IMG/VR virus record: IMGVR_UViG_3300020190_000004
Strand: one strand, 5' to 3'
Length of the DNA stretch: 64,000 nt
Source: a virus
Taxonomy: Duplodnaviria; Caudoviricetes
This document shows, piece by piece, positions 45,259 through 53,694 of the stretch (its first letter is position 1; each line of letters begins with the position of its first letter). Under the pieces are notes generated by a model. That model ran no database searches, was not told the DNA's origin, and saw only the letters and a program-made list of their open reading frames with translations. The translations under genes were made by a program, and so were the position numbers.

Positions 45259-46029
45259 TTAAAATTCATTCCAAAATTTAGCTATACGGTCATACACACG
45301 TTTTTGGTCTTCTTTAGATATCATTTTTAACCATGTCCATTCTTCTGGATAGATTTCATTCAATATAAAGTAAATGAAATCGTTGAGGTTATCAAAATGT
45401 TTTGTAGGGTCGCCGTAATCATTGTAAACTCGATTTAGCGCGGTATTTAGGTGTGTATTGATTTCAGCATTTAGTTGGTGATACTTTTCTTGCGGCAATT
45501 TTCCGTTTTCGTCAGCAAACTTTTTAACAAAATCGTCCAGTTGTCGATTCATAGCCTCGCGGTATTTATCGCCATACTCAGTTGCATCAAATAAGTGATG
45601 TACTTCATGATTGATGGCTCTTACAAATTCTCCGCTCCAGATTCTTTCTGGTGCTTTCATCATAGTCTCAATCAAATCTTGCAATTCCTTTACATAGTCT
45701 TTGTCAAAATCTCCGTCGTTGTAAGCAAGCTCAACAAGATTGTATCGGTACTTTGGTTTTCTAAAGTAATGAGCAAGTCCTAACGTTATGTCCAGTGTAT
45801 CATAATTTATTGATGCCGCGTCATGCCTATCTGGATCTATGGTAACATTAAATTCAACGCCGTCTATCGAAAATATGTAGTCGTCCTCAAATTTAACCAG
45901 CTGTGCTGCAATAGCAGCTGCTTTGCTTTTTAGCGTTGATAAAACTTTGTCAACCATTTTGTTCGCTTTATCAAACCTCTGAACAAAACTTTCATTCAAG
46001 AAGCTCTCGTATGTCTTTACCCACTTCAT
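45259..46029 (-). CDS. Leader-bearing zincin-like (HExxH) protein
   Basis: Starts MKWVKTYESFLNE; AINHEVHHLFD followed by a downstream AE. Confidence 0.65.
   Translation of the reverse strand: MKWVKTYESFLNESFVQRFDKANKMVDKVLSTLKSKAAAIAAQLVKFEDDYIFSIDGVEFNVTIDPDRHDAASINYDTLDITLGLAHYFRKPKYRYNLVELAYNDGDFDKDYVKELQDLIETMMKAPERIWSGEFVRAINHEVHHLFDATEYGDKYREAMNRQLDDFVKKFADENGKLPQEKYHQLNAEINTHLNTALNRVYNDYGDPTKHFDNLNDFIYFILNEIYPEEWTWLKMISKEDQKRVYDRIAKFWNEF
45997..46029. repeat. 33-bp leader repeat, second subfamily, copy 2
   Basis: Identical to 44626..44658. Confidence 0.95.
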
Positions 46030-46703
46030 AATTGTATAAATCTTCCAGGAGAGTCACTGCTTAACTTTCCGTTCTTTATGACAAACCGGTCTTTTTGTAT
46101 CTCAGCAGTCCAGTCGCCAGGAAGCCTGTGTCCTTGTTTCTTTATATATTCCAGGTAGAGTCTTCCACGCTTTGACTGCGCAACAGGAACTCCTTCTTCA
46201 ATGTCTTCCAATTTAGGTGCTATGTGTATCTCTTCCAGTTTTACCCATTTCCACTCGGATATATCTTTGACCGTGCTGGCAATAATATCTGTCACTGTGG
46301 AAATTACACGAAACTGTTCACCGTAATTAGTAATGGCTTCTCGATCCGTACCAATTTTACTATTTACAGTATCAAAGGCTATACCTATCACCAAGTTGTA
46401 ATCTTGTGGTGTTCGACCGGGACGTTTACCCCCAAAACTAATGTGTATATAGCGTGTAAACTCACCAACGATCTTTACTACGTATGTAGCCTTATCACTC
46501 TTAAACTCATAAGTAATCTCCGGTAGTTTATCCCATTTGCCTGGAACCATTTCACCCTTGTCTAGGTTGGATATCGTAGTCATCCAACCACGATCTACAG
46601 ACACAGAACCAGTGCGTTTCCAAGGAAACGGTGATGTGCCTTCGCCAATCTCGTTAAGCTGCTGTTCCAGTAAAAAGTATTCAAATGTGTTTAAGTGCTT
46701 CAT
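46026..46703 (-). CDS. Leader-bearing putative internal head protein
   Basis: ATG at 46703 begins MKHLNTFEYFLLEQQLNE. Confidence 0.7.
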   Translation of the reverse strand: MKHLNTFEYFLLEQQLNEIGEGTSPFPWKRTGSVSVDRGWMTTISNLDKGEMVPGKWDKLPEITYEFKSDKATYVVKIVGEFTRYIHISFGGKRPGRTPQDYNLVIGIAFDTVNSKIGTDREAITNYGEQFRVISTVTDIIASTVKDISEWKWVKLEEIHIAPKLEDIEEGVPVAQSKRGRLYLEYIKKQGHRLPGDWTAEIQKDRFVIKNGKLSSDSPGRFIQL

Positions 46704-46704
46704 C

Positions 46705-47106
46705 TTAATCCATAGAATCCGAAAGTCTCCACAAATCATGTAAGAACAAATCCGCGTCTTTCATGTTTTTAATCTCTGGAAACTCTTGTTTTGCTTTCTT
46801 AATAAATTCTTCCACGGTTTTGGATTCTTGACGAAGAATGTCCAATTCGCTCATGTAACCTTCAAATAAGTAACTTTCAAAAGACTCTGTAATCGCACCA
46901 AATTCGTTGAACATATTCAAGTTAATCATTACAGGACTACCGCTTTTAGGTTTTGCGGTAATCGTAGTCTTATTGTTTGCGGTAACAGTCATTCGTGTGC
47001 CGCGGTATACAATCTCTGAATCTACGGGAATCTTCTCAAAGTCTTCCAGTGTCATCTTTTGTCCATAGTTCTTTATGAATCCTTCAAATGTTTGTAAGTG
47101 TTTCAT
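46705..47106 (-). CDS. Leader-bearing two-module protein
   Basis: Starts MKHLQTFEGFI; internal second leader-like ITESFESYLFEG. Confidence 0.7.
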   Translation of the reverse strand: MKHLQTFEGFIKNYGQKMTLEDFEKIPVDSEIVYRGTRMTVTANNKTTITAKPKSGSPVMINLNMFNEFGAITESFESYLFEGYMSELDILRQESKTVEEFIKKAKQEFPEIKNMKDADLFLHDLWRLSDSMD

Positions 47107-47702
47107 TACTTGATGTATTTTGTTAGTTCACTCCAGTATTTCCACAATTCTTTGGGCATCATTTGCTGAAATGCTTTTTCGTCTCCAGCTTTAATAGCCT
47201 CTCGAACTTTAGTACCACTTGCACCGTCAGCATCACGAGCATCAACCATTTTAACAGCAAAAGCAGGATCAACGGCGACGTCGGTTTTAGGACTTGTGAC
47301 GTATGCAACTTGACGAGTATAGTCAGTAAAACGATCACTTCCACAGCCAAGTCCTTGCGGTTCGTATCCTTGTTCTCGTAAGAATTTAACCATTAGTGGA
47401 ATAACCGTCTTGTCTCCTTTTGGGTATATGAAGTAGTCCGCAATAAACGCATTTGCTTTTACTACATCTGCTCCCATCTTTTGCAAAATATCATCAGGAA
47501 ACGGCGATTCTTCGCGAGCAGAAAGTATCTGTAACGGAATTACAGGCAGTCCAAATTCTTTTGAAGCACGCTCAAGTGCCGCTAAATGCCCGTTATGAAA
47601 AGGCTGAAACCTTCCGGGAAAAAAGATTACTTTCTTCCCGTCTGTGATTTCAGATATGATCGCTTCATACAGAAAACTCTCAAATGTTTTTACGTGGTTC
47701 AT
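47106..47702 (-). CDS. Leader-bearing cytidylyltransferase-family (HIGH) nucleotidyltransferase
   Basis: Starts MNHVKTFESFLYE; PGRFQPFHNGH, GCGSDR, SGTKVRE. Confidence 0.85.
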   Translation of the reverse strand: MNHVKTFESFLYEAIISEITDGKKVIFFPGRFQPFHNGHLAALERASKEFGLPVIPLQILSAREESPFPDDILQKMGADVVKANAFIADYFIYPKGDKTVIPLMVKFLREQGYEPQGLGCGSDRFTDYTRQVAYVTSPKTDVAVDPAFAVKMVDARDADGASGTKVREAIKAGDEKAFQQMMPKELWKYWSELTKYIK

Positions 47703-47710
47703 TGTAGCTA

Positions 47711-48229
47711 TTATTGTTCATTCGTTGTTATTTCTCCTTTAGCTTCTAAAAACACACGTCTTACATTGGCGGGTTGTGCAATTTTCCATGCAGTTCTTCG
47801 CGCCTGATAAAGTCGGCTTTTTGCTATTCTTGAAACACTTACAGAATTGTTTTGGTTTCCACCTAATACATGGTAATACTTATCATCTTCACCGACGTAT
47901 ATTCCTACGTGGCCTCCGCCGTTTCTCTTAAAAGTAAGAATATCTCCTAACATCGGAGTTTCTACGAGATTTCCGTACTTAGCCCAGTTTAGAGCCCATA
48001 GTGGTCTTTCAACCACTTGAACATTCGCAACATAGGCGCAATGAGCAATAAAAAGACCGCACCAAGGAATTTCATCTTCGGTATAAACTTTTTGAATACC
48101 AAGTTCTTTTGCCCACCCCAGTATCGTAGGGTTGTGATTCTTTCCGACTATTTCTTTAACACCAAGATTCTTAACAGCTTCTACAAGTATCTTTGGAGAT
48201 TTCTCATTTTGTAACCATTCGTAAGCCAT
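47711..48229 (-). CDS. CHAP/NlpC-P60-like peptidoglycan hydrolase (TIGR02594-like)
   Basis: DEIPWCGLF, ALNW, GD...F.R.GGGHVG, LGGNQ.N.V; no leader. Confidence 0.85.
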   Translation of the reverse strand: MAYEWLQNEKSPKILVEAVKNLGVKEIVGKNHNPTILGWAKELGIQKVYTEDEIPWCGLFIAHCAYVANVQVVERPLWALNWAKYGNLVETPMLGDILTFKRNGGGHVGIYVGEDDKYYHVLGGNQNNSVSVSRIAKSRLYQARRTAWKIAQPANVRRVFLEAKGEITTNEQ

Positions 48230-48246
48230 AATCTTTTTTATTTAAT

Positions 48247-48858
48247 TTATGTAGTTATATCAGTTGATTCAATTAGTGTGTAGGAAAACGCGTTGCCGTG
48301 TATCTTAGCGGCCTTGCGACAGATTGCCATGAACGCGTCAAAGTCTTTTACTCTCTTAAATACTTGACACCCTTCACTCCAGTTTTCAACCCAAGTTGAA
48401 TCTTGCCCAGCTTTGTGAATGTTGATTCCAAACATTCCTGTGTCAGTTACGCTTTCGTTAAAAGTTAAGTTTTTGTCAGCATCGCGGTAGACGGTTACGT
48501 TTCCGTTTCGCTGACAGAGCGCGCTGTATTTTCCCTGGTGTAAGTCTATCTTCCACACTCCACGGTACTGTCCTGGCACGAGTCGAGCCACGCCCTTCCT
48601 GTTGTGAAACTGCTGAACGCCTTTTTTACCTGGGTCCGTCGTCGCGTTCCAGCAGTAAAACTGCTCAACGCCTTTTTCGTCCTTGTATGAAATTGTTAAG
48701 CAATCATCAAAGACGTTAGTCACTTTGTCTGCGATTGAAGGAGCGTTGTTACGAACTCCTACGATATTGACATCGTAAGTTTTGTTTGCGGTGTCTTCAA
48801 ACCACTTGTAACCTTTAGCTACCACAGCAGTTTTTATTTGTTCTCTTGTGTAGCACAT
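48247..48858 (-). CDS. L,D-transpeptidase-like (YkuD-fold) putative endolysin
   Basis: NIVGVR, FDD, TTDPG, L.PGQY, INIH.AG....WSEGCQV (His/Cys catalytic motif); no leader. Confidence 0.7.
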   Translation of the reverse strand: MCYTREQIKTAVVAKGYKWFEDTANKTYDVNIVGVRNNAPSIADKVTNVFDDCLTISYKDEKGVEQFYCWNATTDPGKKGVQQFHNRKGVARLVPGQYRGVWKIDLHQGKYSALCQRNGNVTVYRDADKNLTFNESVTDTGMFGINIHKAGQDSTWVENWSEGCQVFKRVKDFDAFMAICRKAAKIHGNAFSYTLIESTDITT

Positions 48859-48869
48859 ATTCTTTGTTT

Positions 48870-50177
48870 TTATTTTTTGTATGCAAGTATTGAACGGATC
48901 TGATGTAGAGGGGCAAAGATTCCTGTGTACTTGTAGAGCTTTCCTTTGAAAACAAATGTAATACCTTCAGTAGGAACAATGCTTTCTAAACCACCAGCAG
49001 CTGCAACCCGGTTAAGTTCCACCTCCAATTTAGCAACATCTTTTTCGTCGCCGTTTGTTTTAACGGATGCAATTGTGCTGTCTATTTCTCGTCGCATTGC
49101 TGCGGCAGCATCAGTTGGATTAGCGCTTAAGAATGCACTAATGTTTTTCATCATTTCTGTACCAATCTCCAAGAATAGACTTTCAAGCGGAGCATAAACA
49201 GCTCTCTTTAATTCTTTTTCTTTTGACTTTTCTAAATCAGTATACCATGTAACAACTTCTGGCGCAAGATCCTTCTTCATCATTGCAGCGGTGTATGATT
49301 TATCAATACCAGCAATTCGTCGAGCAAGACCGTCTAAAAACTGCGGGGGTATAGCAATACCTGCAGATTTTGCTTCTTCTTCTAATATCTTCTTACCCAT
49401 CCCCAAAGCATAATCTCCAACCGTAGAAGACGGTGTTGATCCGCTTTCTTTCATGATAGTATCAAGCTTGCCGTTGTAGTAAGAAGCGCGCGCTTTGGTA
49501 TTTGGAAATGGCACCGATGCAATATCTTGTGGGCCACGAACGTAGAATTTCTTTTGAGCGGCAGCGTTTGCGTCAGCAATAAGTTTTCCTAAATCACGGC
49601 CAGCTTGTTTATCTTCACCTACTGCATTTCCACCTTCATCATGTTCAACTACTCCGTGAAAGACAAGCATGTCTTGACCGTAAGGAACGGTGTTTTGTGT
49701 AATAGGTGTAATCACTTCTACGCTAGCAAACTTCTTGCCTTCGTCAAAGAATTTCTTTTTGTCTGCATCGCTAAGAGCACCGATAGCACCAGAGAGATCC
49801 GCCATTGCAGCGTTGTACGCAGTTTCTATATCACCGCGGCCAGCAAAAAGAGCAGCAAGACCCGCAGAATCTAGAGCAGCTTCACCAGCGTTCTTTAAAT
49901 GAATCTTGTTTCTTGCGGCAATAAGTTTACCGTTTTTCCAGGAAATCATAATGTTTTGTCCGTCAGTCTTCTCCTGAACAAAGTTGTCAGGCGTAAAAGC
50001 ACCTTCAACGGTTGCATTAATCATTTCTCGCAGATCTCCCATCGTTAAACCCACGTCTTCAAATGGATGGCTAATGTGTCCATACGCGCCTCCTTCATTA
50101 AGAACACTCTCTAACACCCAAGAAGTGTTAAACGTGCGTTCCTCGTTTAGAAATTGTGTATATGACTTTAGACTCAT
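48870..50177 (-). CDS. Leader-bearing ligase-like nucleotidyltransferase
   Basis: Starts MSLKSYTQFLNE...VLNE; GH.SHPFED, QEKTDGQN (motif I), EG.TF...G..YK.TG.F. Confidence 0.65.
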   Translation of the reverse strand: MSLKSYTQFLNEERTFNTSWVLESVLNEGGAYGHISHPFEDVGLTMGDLREMINATVEGAFTPDNFVQEKTDGQNIMISWKNGKLIAARNKIHLKNAGEAALDSAGLAALFAGRGDIETAYNAAMADLSGAIGALSDADKKKFFDEGKKFASVEVITPITQNTVPYGQDMLVFHGVVEHDEGGNAVGEDKQAGRDLGKLIADANAAAQKKFYVRGPQDIASVPFPNTKARASYYNGKLDTIMKESGSTPSSTVGDYALGMGKKILEEEAKSAGIAIPPQFLDGLARRIAGIDKSYTAAMMKKDLAPEVVTWYTDLEKSKEKELKRAVYAPLESLFLEIGTEMMKNISAFLSANPTDAAAAMRREIDSTIASVKTNGDEKDVAKLEVELNRVAAAGGLESIVPTEGITFVFKGKLYKYTGIFAPLHQIRSILAYKK

Positions 50178-50178
50178 T

Positions 50179-50622
50179 TTAATAATCGCTATTTCCTAGA
50201 TACATAAACTCTTTTTCAAAATCACTGGAACTACGATACCCTCGATATTCACTAAGTTTTCTATCTATTAGTGACATAGGTTGTCCTACTAATTGTTCTA
50301 AAGCCCGAACCCAATGTCCACCTGGATAGCTAGAATCATCGGTGTTATCATTGGCAGACTCAGCATTTGCTGCTAGTGCAATACGTAAAAGTTCTTCTGT
50401 GTCAAGATTTTCTAATTCTTCTGCTATTGTTTTTTCAACTTTCTTAACATTAGCATCGGAAGATATCTTTCTGATATTGACACCGCTTTGTGAGTAACTT
50501 AAATCAGCAATTTCACTTAGAGTAAATTCCATCCAAGCAAAAGCTAAAATTGCTGCGTCTCCTCCTTCTGAGTAATCTGATAACTCGTTTAGGAAACTTT
50601 CAAATGTTTTTACGTGTTTCAT
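50179..50622 (-). CDS. Leader-bearing putative internal head protein
   Basis: ATG at 50622 begins MKHVKTFESFLNE. Confidence 0.7.
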   Translation of the reverse strand: MKHVKTFESFLNELSDYSEGGDAAILAFAWMEFTLSEIADLSYSQSGVNIRKISSDANVKKVEKTIAEELENLDTEELLRIALAANAESANDNTDDSSYPGGHWVRALEQLVGQPMSLIDRKLSEYRGYRSSSDFEKEFMYLGNSDY

Positions 50623-50659
50623 AGTATTATAGTTCTTTAACTTCATTATGCTAAGATTT

Positions 50660-50881
50660 TTACTTTGAATCCAGTAGTGGTTTCACTGTGTTAACGAATG
50701 TTCTCAATGCAGACTGTGCAAGACGGTCATTGTAAATGAGTTTACCCAACTCAGTGTTTTTCATACCTGCCCACTCAGCAATTCCTGAAACAATAGAGTC
50801 TTCAATACCTTCTGGTGTATGGTCCAACTTACTGCCTTCGTTAGCGTTGGAAAAACTTTCAAATGAATGTATCGGTTTCAT
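50660..50881 (-). CDS. Leader-bearing small protein
   Basis: Starts MKPIHSFESFSNANE. Confidence 0.65.
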   Translation of the reverse strand: MKPIHSFESFSNANEGSKLDHTPEGIEDSIVSGIAEWAGMKNTELGKLIYNDRLAQSALRTFVNTVKPLLDSK

Positions 50882-50888
50882 ATTACTG

Positions 50889-51173
50889 TTATTTTTCTAC
50901 CATTGGTGTGCCATCGGGTTTTTTCCCAGTCATTAAGGCGTAAGCAATGATGTCGTAAGTTTCAAAACCCGGTCTTGGAGCTACTCCACCGTTATAGTCT
51001 TTTTCCCACTGCGCAAGAGATGTTTTATTCTCTGGATCAAATTTACCTTCTTCGTAATCTTTGATAGCATTCATAGCAAACATTGTATCCCAAGACTTGG
51101 GCTTTTGCATTTCATTTATAGGTCTGTCAACTTTTTGATTAGAAAAGCTTTCGAATGTGTGTAAGTGTTTCAT
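50889..51173 (-). CDS. Leader-bearing small protein
   Basis: Starts MKHLHTFESFSNQ...PINE. Confidence 0.65.
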   Translation of the reverse strand: MKHLHTFESFSNQKVDRPINEMQKPKSWDTMFAMNAIKDYEEGKFDPENKTSLAQWEKDYNGGVAPRPGFETYDIIAYALMTGKKPDGTPMVEK

Positions 51174-51176
51174 TTG

Positions 51177-51389
51177 TTAAAATGTATTTTCCATTATGAT
51201 AGTCTGAACAGCATCTTTAATTGCATTAATGTTGGCACCAGGTTTTAACATTCCTGAAGATTCCAACTTGTCAACAATTACCATTGCAAGTATCTTTGCG
51301 CCTGATGGTTTTTTATCGCCAGCAACTTGCACCATTGCTTCTTCAACTTTCTCGTTAGAGAAGTCTTCAAATGTTTTGATGCTTTTCAT
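51177..51389 (-). CDS. Leader-bearing small protein
   Basis: Starts MKSIKTFEDFSNE. Confidence 0.65.
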   Translation of the reverse strand: MKSIKTFEDFSNEKVEEAMVQVAGDKKPSGAKILAMVIVDKLESSGMLKPGANINAIKDAVQTIIMENTF

Positions 51390-51390
51390 A

Positions 51391-51723
51391 TTACTTAGTA
51401 AGATCTTTCATCTTGTCAGCAGCAGATCCGTCTAGATCAGCTACATCTTTAGAAGGCTCTTCCTTCTCTTTTTCTTCAGCTTTCTTTTCTTCTGCTTCTA
51501 CTTCTTTTTTAACAGAATCTTTCACGCCTTTTCCCTTCTCCCACTCCTTGGTGATTTCATTAAAGAATTCTTTCTTCTTTTCATCATCAAGTTCAGCAGG
51601 TGACTCAACACCAAACTTAGAAAGTTTTGCTTTAAAGTAATCTTGATAAGATTTTTGAAGCTCTGATGCTTCATTCATTTGAGCTTGACGTACTGCGTCT
51701 ACCCATTCGTTGAACTTTTTCAT
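51391..51723 (-). CDS. Leader-bearing acidic helical protein, possible prohead core component
   Basis: Starts MKKFNEW...QMNE; YQ.YF...L.KFGV.SPAEL..EKKKEFF motif recalled from T4-like head-core-associated proteins. Confidence 0.55.
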   Translation of the reverse strand: MKKFNEWVDAVRQAQMNEASELQKSYQDYFKAKLSKFGVESPAELDDEKKKEFFNEITKEWEKGKGVKDSVKKEVEAEEKKAEEKEKEEPSKDVADLDGSAADKMKDLTK

Positions 51724-51738
51724 TTTTTCTTATTTATT

Positions 51739-52122
51739 TTAAGTCATTCCATAGTGGTTCATCTGACCTCCGTAAAAATCATCGGTCATCTTGGTAATAT
51801 CTTTAACTATTTTGCTCTTGTCTTCACCAACTTCTTTAGCAAGTAGCTCAATAATATCACCGTCAATTCGCAATTTCTTATCAAGACAGTACACATATGT
51901 AGATATTGCCTTGTTAATGTTTGCGCGTTTTTCTCCGTCTTCTGAATCAACCGACTTGTAATACTTGTCAAGAAGTTGTCTTCTTAAAGTCTCAAGAGTT
52001 TCATCAGCAAAGTTTATAGTCGTCTTAATGATATGCTTGTTATCTGAACGAATGACTGTTCCAGCGTTAGTCAATCCTTTCTTTCCCTCAACAAGAAATT
52101 CAGAAAAAGTCAATATCCTCAT
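51739..52122 (-). CDS. Leader-bearing protein, first gene of the largest late operon
   Basis: Starts MRILTFSEFLVE. Confidence 0.65.
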   Translation of the reverse strand: MRILTFSEFLVEGKKGLTNAGTVIRSDNKHIIKTTINFADETLETLRRQLLDKYYKSVDSEDGEKRANINKAISTYVYCLDKKLRIDGDIIELLAKEVGEDKSKIVKDITKMTDDFYGGQMNHYGMT

Positions 52123-52144
52123 TTGTATACTTAAACTATTTGGT

Positions 52145-52153
52145 GTATATATC
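52145..52153 (-). promoter_or_regulatory. Putative late promoter GATATATAC
   Basis: About 22 nt upstream of the ATG at 52122; heads the ~10-kb 42080..52122 cluster. Confidence 0.6.
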
Positions 52154-52170
52154 CTTTTCTGTTAGGCCGG

Positions 52171-53694
52171 TTAGAACTTAACCATGTACTTCTTATGAGG
52201 GAATCCTTGCTCGCGATAAATCCTTGCTCGTTCTTCACCGTGCTTTAATAAGTAGTTCTTGCTAGCCTTGGTTAAAGAAAAGTCATCAACGAAGTCAATG
52301 ATATTTACTCGGTCTTTACCATATTTAAGACGCATACCTCGTCCTATAGATTGACGAACAATCTTTTCACTCTTGTATGATTCTACAAAGAATACATTAT
52401 GAATGTTGTTTATGGAAATACCAGTGGAGAAAGTACCAAAAGATGCTACAAGTATCTTGTCTTCACCTTCCTCCATTCTTGCAATGTAATCTTCTCGTTG
52501 ATCAGGGGAGGTACTTCCGTCTACATAAAAGACGACTTTATCTTGTGTCTTTTCTCGTATGTAGTCGTATATTCTACGGCCGTAACCGTCCTTAACATTC
52601 TGAAAGAGAACAAGTGAGTTTTTAGTTGTCTTACAGATAAAATCGCAAACGAATAAGAATCTTGAACGATTCTCTACAACGATTCTCTTTTCGAGGTCAA
52701 GTAATTTGCCTCCGTCTATTTCAGATTTTCTACATCGGAGTTCTTCAAGCTTCTCACGAGCCTCTTCCTCAAGATAACTCATGCTTACGATCTTAACAAA
52801 GATCGGAGTTGCATAATTGTTAGAAGTTAAAAAGTTAGCACTAATGTTATTCACAAGAGGGCCTAGATAAGCTTGTATGGTTAAAGCTTCGGTACTACCA
52901 TTTTGCATAAGAGTACCAGATACGCCAAAAGCGTATCTTGCATTCATACAGTTTACAAGTATCTTTTTGATTGACGAGGCTTGCGTACCATGAGCTTCAT
53001 CAACGGCAACTACATCAATATCATCAAAGTACCCTTCTTCTCTCTTGACAAGAGTCTGATACGTGCCTATGCAGAAATCAACGTTTTGTTTGGTCTTATC
53101 AGTGCCGCCGTGAAGCATTTGTGTAAGATATCTCAACTTTTCGTTATTGTAAGTTTCAAAATCTTCAATGGTTTGAATGATTAAGTTTGTGTTAGGCACA
53201 ATCATCAAGAACTTTCCACTCTTCTTACGATCATACATATATGCAAATACCATAAAAATAATGAGTGTCTTGCCGGCTGATGTTGCAATTTCACTAATGC
53301 TTCTTCTGTACTTTAAGATAGGAATACATGCGTCAATTTGATAGTCACGTGGTTTAATCTTTGGGTGATCACTAAAGAAGTTATCTACCCACTCACGAAA
53401 ATCTTCTTCATCAAATTCATAATCAATTACTCGGTCCATGCCTTCAACGTTTAACTTAAAGCCGTACTTTTGGCAAGTTTCGTTGAGCTCATTCCATAAA
53501 CCTACTGGTATTCTTTGGTATTTATCAATAAACGAGATGTAACCATCCCATATTCGCTTTTTGACTAGCGGATGAAATCTCCAGTTAGATATTCTTTTCT
53601 TAAATGAGAATCTTATTTGATCCAGTTCAAGCTCGGAGTATTCTACTAACTGTAAGAAACGGTTGTCAGGTGTTATTCTTGCCTTCACTTCCAT
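52171..53694 (-). CDS. uvsW: UvsW-like SF2 helicase
   Basis: PRDYQ, ATSAGKT, IVP, VDEAH, SGT, SFGTFSTGISI, RQSIGRG.R. Start MEVKAR (53694) preferred. Confidence 0.93.
   Translation of the reverse strand: MEVKARITPDNRFLQLVEYSELELDQIRFSFKKRISNWRFHPLVKKRIWDGYISFIDKYQRIPVGLWNELNETCQKYGFKLNVEGMDRVIDYEFDEEDFREWVDNFFSDHPKIKPRDYQIDACIPILKYRRSISEIATSAGKTLIIFMVFAYMYDRKKSGKFLMIVPNTNLIIQTIEDFETYNNEKLRYLTQMLHGGTDKTKQNVDFCIGTYQTLVKREEGYFDDIDVVAVDEAHGTQASSIKKILVNCMNARYAFGVSGTLMQNGSTEALTIQAYLGPLVNNISANFLTSNNYATPIFVKIVSMSYLEEEAREKLEELRCRKSEIDGGKLLDLEKRIVVENRSRFLFVCDFICKTTKNSLVLFQNVKDGYGRRIYDYIREKTQDKVVFYVDGSTSPDQREDYIARMEEGEDKILVASFGTFSTGISINNIHNVFFVESYKSEKIVRQSIGRGMRLKYGKDRVNIIDFVDDFSLTKASKNYLLKHGEERARIYREQGFPHKKYMVKF

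Noticed and set aside
23880-46029. Leader repeats as a CRISPR array or integron attC sites
   Set aside because: The repeats are in-frame coding 5' ends, separated by whole genes of variable length, are not palindromic, and no cas or integrase gene is present.
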